DNA of 63,840 bases, counting the filler, from Octopus bimaculoides (taxonomy: Eukaryota): NCBI RefSeq assembly GCF_001194135.2. It is 4 parts of 4 records of this genome, joined end to end, with 100 filler letters (N's around TTAATTAATTAA, not from the genome) between each part and the next. Parts side by side here need not be neighbours in the genome. Positions count along the whole stretch, not along the records: positions 1 to 27,137 come from NC_069003.1; 3 more parts are not named here. One strand, written 5' to 3'. A program made the translations under genes and the position numbers. This document shows positions 12,427-24,540 of the stretch, piece by piece. The notes under the pieces are model-generated. The model saw nothing but the letters and a program-made list of their open reading frames with translations. It ran no database searches and had not been told where the DNA came from. How positions within the stretch are numbered: position 1 is the stretch's first letter; every line of letters begins with the position of its first letter.

Positions 12427-12455
<29 letters not shown>

Positions 12456-12460
<5 letters not shown>

Positions 12461-13665
12461 GTTAGAAGTAAATAGACACCCCATAAATCATCGGTGTACG
12501 TTTATTCTAACTTGTAAAGATTTATATCTTTTATTCATTGAAATGTTTATGTTTCAGGTTCTATATGTGACTGTTTATTCATGCCATGTACAAAAGAAGC
12601 CTTGGAACTGTTTGAATTTCAAAGAGGCTCTATTATGGACCTAGTCAGTGTTAAATCGCAGATAACCTTGGGATCCTGCTTTCTACAGTTAATAGAGTGA
12701 TTGTGCAATTCCCCAGAGAGGGGAAGGGGTCCACATCTTCACACCCAGATCAAGCAGGGCCCTCTAACAGGACTTTTCTCTTTACTAAGTGATATGTGGA
12801 GGATAATCCTCGATGCAAAGCCTCTGACATCACAGAATGTCAGTCCCAGAACAGCTGTCAGGTATCTCCACAAACTTGGTTACTATGGCAGAGCAGCAAG
12901 AAGGCAGCCACTTCTTCGACCAGCCAACATCAAGCGGAGAAAAGATTGGGCCAGTGAGATGGCAGATAGGCTACTAGCATTTTGGCACACTGTCATATTC
13001 TCTGATGAGTCCAAATTTGCTGCATTTCCTGACAGTGGTCAAGTGTGGGTCTGGAGACTCTAGGGTCAAGAATTTGATGCGAAGAGATTGCAGCCAACAA
13101 GGAAACATGGCAGCTATTCGGCGATGGTTTGAGGAACAATTTAGAGCAATGTTTGATCAGAGCTGGTGGTGTGTGAGGGAAAGATAAACCAGATAAATAT
13201 ATGTCCATCTTGCAGAAAGGACTCCTTTCAATCTTCTCCAGTGGTGAAATGATTAAAGAAGACTACATGGAACTCCTTGTCATACGTCTAAAATGACCCA
13301 AGATTTGTTAGATGAGAATGGCATTAAAAAGCTTCTATGGCCGAGCCAATTACCAGTTATGAACCCTATCGAACACCCCTGGGGCATAGTGGACAGGTCA
13401 CTTCATAAAAAGAACAAGAAAGCATCTTCAGAGCCAGATCTTTTGAGATTACTGCATGAAACTTGGCAAGAAATTCCGTGCGAGAATATTCGTCACCTGA
13501 GCTGTAACATACCTAATAGGGTCCTTGCATTGAAAAATGCAAAGGGCATGTCTACTAAATATTAAATATTCCCATTATAATAATTAATAAATAATTTGAA
13601 TGTATAATTTCAGATTTTAATAAATTTTAATGTTTATAAGGGTGTCATATAATCGAAAACATTTA
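12456..13665 (+). mobile_element. Degenerate Tc1-family DNA transposon (transposase pseudogene ~12581-13565)
   Basis: Broken frames give ELFEFQRGSI...[33 protein letters not shown]...[18 protein letters not shown] and WPSQLPVMNPIEHPW...IPNRVLALKNAKGMSTKY (Tc1 DDE motifs). Weak terminal inverted repeats: atagacaccccataaatcat vs atgtttataagggtgtcatat. Confidence 0.9.
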
Positions 13666-13707
13666 TTTTCCGATATATACGAATATACTAACGTTTACAC
13701 TCAGATG

Positions 13708-13800
13708 CATACATGTTTGCTTACCAACTACATAGTTCCGGGTTCAGTCCCACTGCGTGACAAGTGTCTTCTACCATCGCCTCAGGCTAACCAAAACCGC
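13708..13800 (+). mobile_element. SINE family A 5' fragment
   Basis: gtttgcttaccaactacatagttccgggttcagtcccactgcgtgacaagtgtcttctac. Confidence 0.75.
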
Positions 13801-14037
13801 TGGTCAAGTGCGGTAACGTTTCTGTTATCGTTATTTTCCAATTATTTTTTACAACTCATTTTTATATCCCTCTATATATTACACACAGGTCTCTCATATT
13901 TCGTACATATTTCTCTCTGTCTCTTTCTCACGATGTACATGTATGCACATGTATGTATGTATATATATATATTGCATTCTTATACACACACACATATTGC
14001 ATTCTTACACATATATATATATCTATATTATGTACAG

Positions 14038-14176
14038 GTTGAGCAGTTGACTTTTCTATGGATTCTGTTAATACTGATTGTGGTCTGTAACTGCTTCGTT
14101 CTGAGAGTGGTGCTGCCAGCTCGACTTCGCGGTAGTTCTAGAATGAATTTTTTTGTGATGCACCTGGCCATTGCAG
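14038..14176 (+). CDS. CCAP-R: Coding exon 2 (TM1, ICL1, start of TM2) of a CCAP/neuropeptide-S-type neuropeptide GPCR
   Basis: Acceptor TACAG|GTT and donor GCAG|GTAAGT; 139 bp (46 codons + 1). Encodes VEQLTFLWILLILIVVCNCFVLRVVLPARLRGSSRMNFFVMHLAIA(D), closely matching CCAP-R/NPSR1 (TEQxxxLW...N...SRMxFFxxxLAIxD) with the same exon boundaries and phases. Confidence 0.93.
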
Positions 14177-15265
14177 GTAAGTTTCACGTTGCTATTAATT
14201 GTTTATTTCAAATTTTAACGACCCAGGTGAATATTTCCGAGCAATAATAATAATTAAAAAATTATTATTCTTTTTTCTTTTTTTTTTTTCTTTTTTTAAC
14301 TATAAAATCCGATAATTATATTTTGTATTGGAAATTATTGCAATGAATTAATTTTTTTTAAACATCCAACTATTATTAATGATATTTTTCTAAATAAATT
14401 TATTTCCAGCCGTGTATCGACACCAAATACTAGCATTGCCGCTTGGCCATCACATTTATTATCTCATCTCATAAAAAAGCTAGTAACTACGAAAATAATC
14501 ACCTGCTGGCAGTTCACTCTTTTAAAACTGGTTCCGGATTCCTGTTAGCAATCCGTTTAGATTTCAGATTACGTTTGAATTTCCTTTCTATGTTAATAAT
14601 TCAGATGATTAACTTGTGTCACGTGCAACCAATTACTTGAAAATGTGGACAACTTAAACTATTCCCTGCTTAACCAAACGTCAACCTTCTGTCTATGTAC
14701 GGCCTAACGCACTCTTTCCTGTATTTCCATGTTCCTTATCTGCAATCGTATTTCCTGGTTTATATTTCTAAAATGTAATTAATAGAGTTAATCGTAATTA
14801 ATTATATTGCACCCTCTCATATCAATACGTTTATGCAATCTCAATGTGCATGTAAAATCCATTTTCACCCCGCCCCAGAGTTATGCCAATGGAAAGCACT
14901 ATCCGCCCAGACCTTAAAGTATAAATGAAAACCAGCCTTAGCTTGCCGCTCTGGTTGATATTAGAGTCGAAGACTACCGGCGTACGTTACCAATCTAAGG
15001 AAATTGCCTTCATCTCATTAGAAAACCTCTCAATAAATAACATTGCCTTACCCTTCGAGCTTGGATAAACAAAACGAAGCGAAAATTTTATAGTCAGCCA
15101 TAGAGAAGCAGCTTCCAGCGAATTGTAGTGTCTGGTTTCGTTGGTGGGGGTGGATTAGAACTTTTGTTGGTGCCATAACATCCACACTGACTGACCTGAC
15201 GTGGTTTAACAAGTAGATCTGTTTGCGAAGTAGATCCAGACTACACACACACACACACACACATA

Positions 15266-15350
15266 CTCTCCGTATTCCCGAGCGTCATACTAATATATAC
15301 TTTTGTTATTTACACCACCTGTCCTCGTCTGTTGTTATTATTTGTATATT
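15266..15350 (+). repeat. Truncated copy of the Penelope-like repeat at 61585-61737, lacking the ribozyme
   Basis: ccgtattcccgagcgtcatactaatatatacttttgttatttacaccacctgtc is identical to 61684-61737. Confidence 0.85.
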
Positions 15351-15353
15351 CTC

Positions 15354-15400
<47 letters not shown>

Positions 15401-16890
15401 GCCTACCTTCAGTATTAGTTTGAGTAGAGATTATGCACAAACTGCTACTTACTTATAGCTAAGTTTCTTCGGAGTTCCAAAAAGATCCGAAAGAATATGA
15501 GGTCTGATTTTTACTCAGGATTTTCCGATGTCTGCCAAGGAAAAATGCAGGCTAATTTCCGTCTGTCTGTAACATCTTTGTATAGGAAGAACAGAAAAGT
15601 AGGAATGAAAAGGGGAGATAACCCCTGTCACAGTAGATATTTAGGAGGGTAAAAGGGGAGGAGAAAAAGCTGTTGTTGAGAGAGAAATACAGTGAGAGAG
15701 AGGGGAATGTGTGTGTGCGCGCGCGCGCGCGCGTGTGTGTGTGAGTGAAAGAATTAAAATTTGTTTCAAGAAAAAGTACAGGTTGTTGTTGAATATATCA
15801 ATGTGATGATTGTGGTAGGTTTTTGCTGAAGGATCTATTCCATCTTGACCAGGTCGTAGCCCAGCAGCGTAGCGATGTGAAATGGCTAGTTGCTCTCAAT
15901 TTTGTTTAAACGACTGGAATCATTGACACCAATATCCTGTCGAAGAAACCATTGCGTTCCTTCTGTCCATTTGTATTGCATTGGTATTGTTCGAAACAAA
16001 GTGCAGCACTACACCACCGACTTGTGACGAAGGAGAGATGATAGCTGCGGAGGAAGGTTTCCAAACTGTCGAGTGAAACACAAAAGGAAAACCTCCAAAA
16101 CCTGAATGAACACCAACAGAAAATAGCAAAGAGTGAAGAGGAGTGCTCTGCTCGAAACAACAATGATGCCCTTCTTCCGGACAACAAAGAATGATAACCT
16201 GATATTCACTCCCTTTTGAAGATCAAACTAATATCCAGTAGACATAATCAGATAGTTCTGGTGAAAGGGGTATATCGGTGAAGTATTGACTACTGAGATC
16301 GGTCTCGAATATATGAGACACTTGAGGGATAGGAGCTTCGTAAAAATATTATAAAACTATTTCTTTGAGATGAAATAAGGGTTTCCTGAAAACGTGGGCC
16401 GTTATCTACGCCAAACACACAATGAAAATGTCAAGGGACGCCTCAGGAACGTGAAGCTGCAGTTCAAGCAATAGTGGGTGGATAAAGACGTGGGATGCTC
16501 TAACCCGACTTAGCCAGTGGTTGCCCACCCAGGGGTAGCTGAGAACCCATAATGTTTTATTTTCCATTTCAATTATATTTTGTTTTAATTATTAGATGTT
16601 TTTTTAGACTTTATCTATTTGATTGTGTGTATCTATAGACATGTGTGTGCGCGCGCGTGCATCNNNNNNNNNNNNNNNNNNNNNNNNNNNNNNNNNNNNN
16701 NNNNNNNNNNNNNNNNNNNNNNNNNNNNNNNNNNNNNNNNNNNNNNNNNNNNNNNNNNNNNNNNNNNNNNNNNNNNNNNNNNNNNNNNNNNNNNNNNNNN
16801 NNNNNNNNNNNNNNNNNNNNNNNNNNNNNNNNNNNNNNNNNNNNNNNNNNNNNNNNNNNNNNNNNNNNNNNNNNNNNNNNNNNNNNNNNN

Positions 16891-16926
<36 letters not shown>

Positions 16927-16984
16927 GAAAAGGACTAAGAGAAATATAAAGATGATGGCGATGGGGACTGTTATGTTGGTGTTG

Positions 16985-16999
16985 ATGATGATGATAACA

Positions 17000-17033
<34 letters not shown>

Positions 17034-17158
17034 TAATAATAATAATAATAATGATAATAATACTACTACTAATAATAGTAATAATAATAATAATAATGAT
17101 AAATAATGGTAACCATAATCATGGCGATGACTATGACAACGTCGGTGGGGATGAAAAA

Positions 17159-17222
<64 letters not shown>
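16985..17222. repeat. (AAT)n and (GAT)n microsatellites
   Basis: Directly visible. Confidence 0.95.
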
Positions 17223-17519
17223 TTGCCTATGATTTATTAGCTGGTAATTGACAGTCCTGTTAACCGTTCAACACAACTCAACAAGATAAACAATGTCTGA
17301 GAGTGTAGCTCAACAATTGATTAATATTTCGTTTATCACACAGTATGTAGCGGATATCCTCTCATGGGGCTACTATACAAAGCAGAGAGCGGATAGAACA
17401 TGATTTATCCTCCGGTGGGTTTACTGCACGAGCCATAGGCACCGCTTTATAACAATATTTAACTGAAACATGTCACAGATAAATGTTACTCTAAAAATTA
17501 TACTATTTTCTACGCGAGT

Positions 17520-17605
17520 TGGTAGAGAAGTTGCGTAGTGTTGAGGTAATGGTGTTGGACACGCGATAGTACAGTTATGGGTTCGATTCCCGGACCAGCC
17601 GCAAT
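17520..17605 (+). mobile_element. tRNA-like SINE head (family C-like)
   Basis: ...ggtgttggacacgcgat...gggttcgattcccggacc contains a Pol III B box; the cloverleaf is incomplete. Confidence 0.5.
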
Positions 17606-17777
17606 TCATTTGATCAGCTGAGATTATCTTTGCTATTAGGAAACAAAGACTCCTGTTGGGATGCTGCAAAGATAATTCTATATTAGCTTAATTTTTCAAC
17701 TCCTTAAATTCCGCGTATGCCATACTCTACCATACATGTATTATACACACAAACACATATATGTCCATACATATATA

Positions 17778-18680
17778 TTGGGTTATACCATAAATAATGC
17801 AGTTTTTTTATACTTCTTTTATTTTTCAAAATTAAGATTTTTTTAAAAATCTATAATATACTCTCCTTCATTTTCTACAATGCTCTTCCATCTAACTGGT
17901 AGACTTGCAAGCCACCTCTTCCAAAATTCACTTGTCCGTGACGAGAAATACTCCTCCAGTACTGTTCTGACCTCGTCTACAGAATTCATATTTTTTCCGT
18001 CTAAATGATTTTGAAGACTGCAGAATAAATGATAAATAGACGGAACAATGTCCGGCGAATATGGTAGGTGGGACATCGTTTCCCATTCAAACTGCTCCAG
18101 CCTTTGGAATGTCATCCTTGCTGTATGTGGCCGAACATTATACTCCTGGAAGAACACCATTCGTCTTGAAACCAAAGATGGCACGCAGGTGTCGATGAAT
18201 GGTTGAATGACCAAATCCAAGCCTCTCTGCTGGCTCCTCAGCAGTTACGATGAGACTTTGTTCCACCAGTGTTTGCAGGACATTATCGTCAAGCTCTATA
18301 GACCTTCGAGGACGAGGCTCGTCTTCTAGGCTGTAGTTTCCGGCTCGGAATTTCTGGAACCACCGGTGACACTTATTATCCGATCCCCATATGCTGCATT
18401 AATATTCCTTGCACATTCCGTTGCGTTGTTGCCTTTATTGAACTCGTAACGCAATATATGCCGAATATGCTCTTTTGTGATTTTTCCATTATAGCTTTGA
18501 AAAAAAAACAAAAAAACTGTTAAAATCGAACTGCACTCTTCAAAACTTGCACTAAGAATAAGTACAAGGTAAAATTACTACCAGTTTTATAGCAAGTTGA
18601 TGCAAGTACTTTATGCCGTCTCCCTCCGACTTTTAGTTCATGCAATTGAAAAAAACCACATTATTTATGGGATGACCCAA
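17778..18680 (-). mobile_element. Internally deleted mariner transposon (903 bp) with TIRs and TA target duplication
   Basis: TIRs ttgggttataccataaataatgcagtttttt and aaaaaaccacattatttatgggatgacccaa, each flanked by TA. Minus-strand transposase pieces: KEHIRHILRYEFNKGNNATE..., SLEDEPR, HSTIHRHLRA, RPHTA, HLPYSPDIVPSIYHLF...W..IVENEGEYII. Confidence 0.95.
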
Positions 18681-18861
18681 TAGATATATATATATATATA
18701 TATACGTACATACATGCAAAGTGGGTCACAAGTCACGCACAAAATAAATTCAACATGCTCCGGAATTATCAAAGACATGCTTCAATATATCTAAAATTGG
18801 ATGAAACAAATAAAATAATGATGATTAGACATGAACAAAATTATTATTATTAATGATAATA

Positions 18862-19079
18862 ATAATCCTTTCTACTATAGGTACCAGGGCTGAAATTGTG
18901 AGAGAGGGGGTAATCGATTACATCGACCCCAGTGTTCGACTGGTACTTATTTAATCGATCCCGAAAGGATGAAAGGCAAAGTCGAATTCGGCGGAATTTG
19001 AACACAGAACGTAGAATCAGACAAAACACCGCTGAGCATATCGTCCGGCGTGCTAACGTTTCTGCCAGCTCGCCGCCTT
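18862..19079 (-). mobile_element. SINE family B, full length
   Basis: ...atcgatcccgaaaggatgaaaggcaaagtcgaattcggcggaatttgaacacagaacg...gctaacgtttctgccagctcgccgcc. Confidence 0.92.
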
Positions 19080-19182
19080 AATAATAGTAATAACAACAAC
19101 AACAACGATTATGATAACAACAAAAACATAATATAAATAAAATATCAGATGTTTTGGTCCGAAACTTTCAACCCGCCATCTG

Positions 19183-19266
<84 letters not shown>

Positions 19267-19747
19267 CACACACACACACAAACACAATTTAATTAGTGGT
19301 TTCTTAAAGTTTCTTTCACCTTTCCTTCCTTCTTTCCTTCCTTCCTTCTTTCCTTTCAGTTATTGGTTTCGCTTTCGTTATCTTTACAGCCTTCTCCACC
19401 TACCTACGCTTCTGTTTACAACATGTCTTGCAAAGAAAATATGATCATATATCGACCCCATCATCCAGCCTACCTCAATCACACCCAATAAAAAAAAAAA
19501 GAAAATATTCTTCCATTCGCTTCATAGTATACATACATACATACATACATACATAGAACTGAACAATTACATAGATATATATTCATATACACATATATAT
19601 ATATATGTATATATACATACAAAAGAACGTACATGTGTATGAATATATTTAAATAGAAACATACATGTGTAAGTATATACGTCCATGTGTTTAAATATGT
19701 GTGTGTGTTTGTGTGCGTGTTTATATATGTATATTTGTGTGCGTAAG

Positions 19748-19780
<33 letters not shown>

Positions 19781-20065
19781 ACGCCAGTGTGTGTGTGTGC
19801 GTATGTTTGCATATATGTGTTTGTGCGAGTGTATGTATGTGTGTGTTTGTATGTATGTGTTTGTGTATGTGTGTGTGTGTGTGGTGTGTGTGTTGATGGT
19901 AAGATATTTTTAATATAAAATCTATTCCCCACACGATATTAAACATTATATCCATGTAAACACTAATTTGAGTTCGCTAAAGAACTAACCCATCACAAGG
20001 CTAGACGTGGTCGTGTTTAATATCGTATATCTATGTATGTTTATGTGTTGCTCTATGTATGTATG

Positions 20066-20099
<34 letters not shown>

Positions 20100-20252
20100 T
20101 GTATGCATGCATGTATGTATGTATGTATGTATGTATGCCAGACGTGGTCGTGTTTAATATCGTTTATATATGTATGTTTGTGTTGCTGTATGTATGTATG
20201 TACGTATGTATGTATGTACGTATGTATGTATGTATGTATGTATGTATGTATG

Positions 20253-20360
20253 TCATTCAGTATTATTTCAAGATCTCTTGTCAATATAGAAAGAGCCGGT
20301 TTCTAACCTAGATCCAAGGTTCCTTCATTGGAATTTCAACGACGTCAAGAGTATTATTTT
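20253..20360 (-). mobile_element. ~108-bp element bounded by (CATA)n, sharing ~50 bp with the terminus of 20480-20902
   Basis: ctagatccaaggttccttcattggaatttcaac (20297-20329) vs ggagatccaggcttccttcactggaatttcagc (20851-20883). Confidence 0.65.
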
Positions 20361-20479
20361 ATGTATGTATGTATGTATGTATGTATGTATGTATGTATGT
20401 ATGTATGTATGTATATACGTACGTGCATATGTGCAGATGCGTATGTTTTGTTTTATGTATGTATTTTATGTATGTATGT

Positions 20480-20902
20480 ATTATGTATATAGTTGCACGT
20501 CTCGACATGCTCATATATACTTAAATGATAAACTTCTGGAAAGTTTCACAGATTTTTAAAGTTCCAGTGAAGGCTTAGATCTGTAGTCTTCGAATCAGTT
20601 TTCTCCTTTCTGGTTTTCAGAAGCCTAATTTCTCAAGATCGCACAACTGTTTATGATGTGGGTGATATCTTCAGTGTTAACTCCACAAAGACTGCATTGT
20701 AAATCATTTAACTGTTTTTCCTGCGTCTCTGTCCCTTTTGGTTGACATTTCCTCTTCCTGGATTGCAAACATACCCTTCAAAGTGGGAATTAGTAATCCG
20801 GTTGTTGATCCATGAGAGAATGCTTTCATGATCAATGTTACTATCATCCCGGAGATCCAGGCTTCCTTCACTGGAATTTCAGCATCAAGAACAGGGTATT
20901 TT
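20480..20902 (-). mobile_element. Internally deleted RLE-type (R2/R4-like) non-LTR retrotransposon fragment embedded in (CATA)n
   Basis: Minus strand gives NIDHESILSWINNRITNSHFEGY / MFAIQEEEMSTK, then the CCHC knuckle CSLCGVNTEDITHIINSC (20699-20634), then KLIRRLQI*AFTGTLKICETFQKFII*. Flanked by (TATG)n on both sides. Confidence 0.8.
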
Positions 20903-23189
20903 TGTATGTATGTATGTATGTATGTATGTATGTATGTCAAGCAGTGGTGGAAGATAAGCACGTATGTGTGTATCTGTATATATACATAAATGGATAGGTG
21001 TACGAGTGTATATATAAATATATATGAACATATATATATATGAATGTGTGTATTATGCAAAAAATCAGTTATAGAACTAAATACTAATAGATTTAAATTT
21101 AGGATTTTCGCAATTTCAGTTATGTTGTTTATTTATGATTAAGCTCGCTCTCAAAAAGCGTTTTTTGAAAGCGTTAGCACTTATAAAAATTTTCAATTAC
21201 TATTTTTCGTGAAATATTTAAGAAGATATGTGAAGCTGATGAAACCTCAATATATATTTAAACCGGATTTTATTATTCTTGAAAAACTTAAATTTATTAA
21301 TGAAGTGGAAACAGCAGTAATTTATGAGCTGTGTCATTTGTTTGTATAAAATTATTAAATTGAATTGAATTTATCATTTAATGATGAAACTATTTAATTC
21401 TTCAATTTAGTGTTTTGGTTTCCATTTCTAGTTTGGTAATATGTAAACCTAAGATCTAAGGATCAAGGCGTAGGAAGCTAGTAAATATCGAGCAGTCCAT
21501 AGAAGGTATAAAAAGCAACTTTCATGGACAATAGTGGTTTATTGATGTATAAGGTTGTAAAGTTTTACCATATCGAAGTTCGATAAGCTGAAAAAAGTTA
21601 TTTTAGAGTTCAGAGAATTAGTAATTATCCCTCGATTGGGTAATTACTACCTCCGAAGTTCTGATAGCTATGAAACGTGTGTAACCTGTATTTTATTTCC
21701 TCCATCCCCTAAATTTGGATATATATATGTATATACTTTTTTTTTATTAAAGCTACAAAGAATTCACAAAAATTCTGCTACTAACGGTTTTACTTGCCCG
21801 TTCGCTGGGCAGTTATAATACATCCAGCATAGCTAGAAACAACACTCCATTCAGTGAGAAATAAATATCAATTTAATACACATACCTTAAGAACTACTAA
21901 TAGTTTCATGCTTTTATGATACTTTAAATAGGTATATTTATAAAATACACCACGTATCTCCAAGCAATCATTGAGGTTCTGTTCATGCATTTATGCGTTA
22001 GATGTATTTCTAAAATCTTGGACGCTGGACTTTGCTTTTCTGTTACGGTAAAATCAACAAAAGAAAGACTCCATCCGGTGAGAGATAAATATTGTTTAAT
22101 GTACACAAAATATTGTTATGAACCTAGAAAATATCTCCAGTGAATGAAACTATTAGCAGCTCATAACTATATACTGATTGTATGTATGTATGTATGTATG
22201 TATGTATGTATGTATGTATGTATGTATGTATGTATGTATGTATGNNNNNNNNNNCCTATTTTCTATCAAAGCATGCGCAAACGGATGACATCATTTCAAT
22301 ATTTTTGTATTAAAACGAGTAACTGTATGTATGTATGTATGCATGTATATAGATAGGTAGATAGATAGATCGATAGAGAGTGAGACAGAGAGATGCACAC
22401 ACACACACACACACGCATGCACACACACACACACACGCACACGCACACACACACAAATATACAGGTGTTTGCACCTGAAGAATTATCAAAGGCCAATATT
22501 TTCCTCGCCCAGATTAATATCGACGTTATTAAAGAACTAAGTTGTTAGAGCCAAGTGAATGTGAAGTCGCTGAAGTTTTGAGATGGAAGGATAAAATTCG
22601 ATTACATCAAATTGGATTTGATCTTTTGTTATTAATATTAACCAATAAGTGACAATGTAAGGGACAGTACTATGTTATTCCATTATTGGAGGCTGGTTGA
22701 CTTCCTGATCTGACTATTACTATTACAAACATTTTCTCATTAATCCGATTTCTGTTTTTGGCAGATTATTTAATCTACCTTTAGAATTGGCGGCTAACTT
22801 AAATGACCTACGCTTCGTGATTCCCTAAACGTTTATTGCCTATCTTAAGTTTATAATTTCTGTGTTTACCTCTATATTTATTTTTGCCTCAATATTTATC
22901 TGATAATAAGATAGTAAGCTTGCTTTTCGTTTTTTGGTTTGCTGTAATTTTCTGATTTGCGATTAGTTTTCAAATATTTCTACTTCATAAAATGTTTTTG
23001 TTTCATTTGGGAATATGGTTTTTGTTTTTACTTATTTGCTCGTTTATTTCTTTATGTTTTTAATATCAGCGTCAAGTAGATGTACGGAAATTTATGTTGG
23101 CTGTCATGTCTGAGAAGGCAGATTTAAATGGCCCTAGATCATTATATATGTATGTATTATGTATGTATGTGTGTATGTATGCGCATATG

Positions 23190-23220
<31 letters not shown>

Positions 23221-23857
23221 NNNNNNNNNNNNNNNNNNNNNNNNNNNNNNNNNNNNNNNNNNNNNNNNNNNNNNNNNNNNNNNNNNNNNNNNNNNNNNNN
23301 NNNNNNNNNNNNNNNNNNNNNNNNNNNNNNNNNNNNNNNNNNNNNNNNNNNNNNNNNNNNNNNNNNNNNNNNNNNNNNNNNNNNNNNNNNNNNNNNNNNN
23401 NNNNNNNNNNNNNNNNNNNNNNNNNNNNNNNNNNNNNNNNNNNNNNNNNNNNNNNNNNNNNNNNNNNNNNNNNNNNNNNNNNNNNNNNNNNNNNNNNNNN
23501 NNNNNNNNNNNNNNNNNNNNNNNNNNNNNNNNNNNNNNNNNNNNNNNNNNNNNNNNNNNNNNNNNNNNNNNNNNNNNNNNNNNNNNNNNNNNNNNNNNNN
23601 NNNNNNNNNNNNNNNNNNNNNNNNNNNNNNNNNNNNNNNNNNNNNNNNNNNNNNNNNNNNNNNNNNNNNNNNNNNNNNNNNNNNNNNNNNNNNNNNNNNN
23701 NNNNNNNNNNNNNNNNNNNNNNNNNNNNNNNNNNNNNNNNNNNNNNNNNNNNNNNNNNNNNNNNNNNNNNNNNNNNNNNNNNNNNNNNNNNNNNNNNNNN
23801 NNNNNNNNNNNNNNNNNNNNNNNNNNNNNNNNNNNNNNNNNNNNNNNNNNNNNNNNN

Positions 23858-23935
<78 letters not shown>

Positions 23936-23947
23936 ACATACACACAC

Positions 23948-24085
23948 AGGTGTTTGGTAAGAAGTGTCCGGATTCAGTCCCATTGCGTAGCACTTTCGAT
24001 AAGTGCCTTCTACTATAGCTTCGGCCCGACCAAAGCCTTACGACTGAATTTGGTAGATGGAAACTAAAAGCCAGTCGTGTATGTA
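23948..24085 (+). mobile_element. SINE family A 5' fragment, diverged
   Basis: ggattcagtcccattgcgtagcactt...aagtgccttctactatagcttcggcccgaccaaagcc...tttggtagatggaaact. Confidence 0.8.
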
Positions 24086-24474
24086 CCTGTGTGTGTGTGT
24101 GTGTGTACACGCTATTAGTGAACAGTGAGATTGAATACTCAATACTGCATTAGTGGATAAACATTCTTAATTTGTGGATTAACAAGGCAACCAATGGTTT
24201 CATGTGGCAGAAATCTCTACGATTGTTGAAGCTTATCAAGTTGGAATCTTGGTACTCGTCTCCATTTTAGATAAGAATATATTATGCATATGTGTATGTG
24301 TGTATATATGAATATATGTATATATGTATGTACATATCTATACATAGATAAATTAATAGATAAATAGGCATTTCGACAGATAGATAGACAGACAAAGAGA
24401 CAGATTACAAATAGAGAGATATAGGTAGACAGACAGATATAAAAATAAATCGATACTTAGACAGACAGACAAAG

Positions 24475-24540
<66 letters not shown>

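Larger units (their letters stand above)
277..14037 (+). other. Intron 1 of the receptor gene (GT-AG, phase 0, ~13.8 kb including gaps)
   Basis: Starts GTAAAC at 277 and ends TACAG at 14037; the join preserves the frame and the family motif. Confidence 0.8.

Noticed and set aside
15158-15220. TFVGAITSTLTDLTWFNK, resembling the expected exon 3 (VGLxxVLTDxxW)
   Set aside because: Wrong splice phase after the nearest AG, one residue too many between VG and LTD, and an in-frame stop right after; no TM3 cysteine.
15841-16210. GC-richer purine-biased stretch with partial open frames (LRRKVSKLSSETQKENLQNLNEHQQKIAK...)
   Set aside because: Possibly a retroelement ORF relic, but no motif I can assign.
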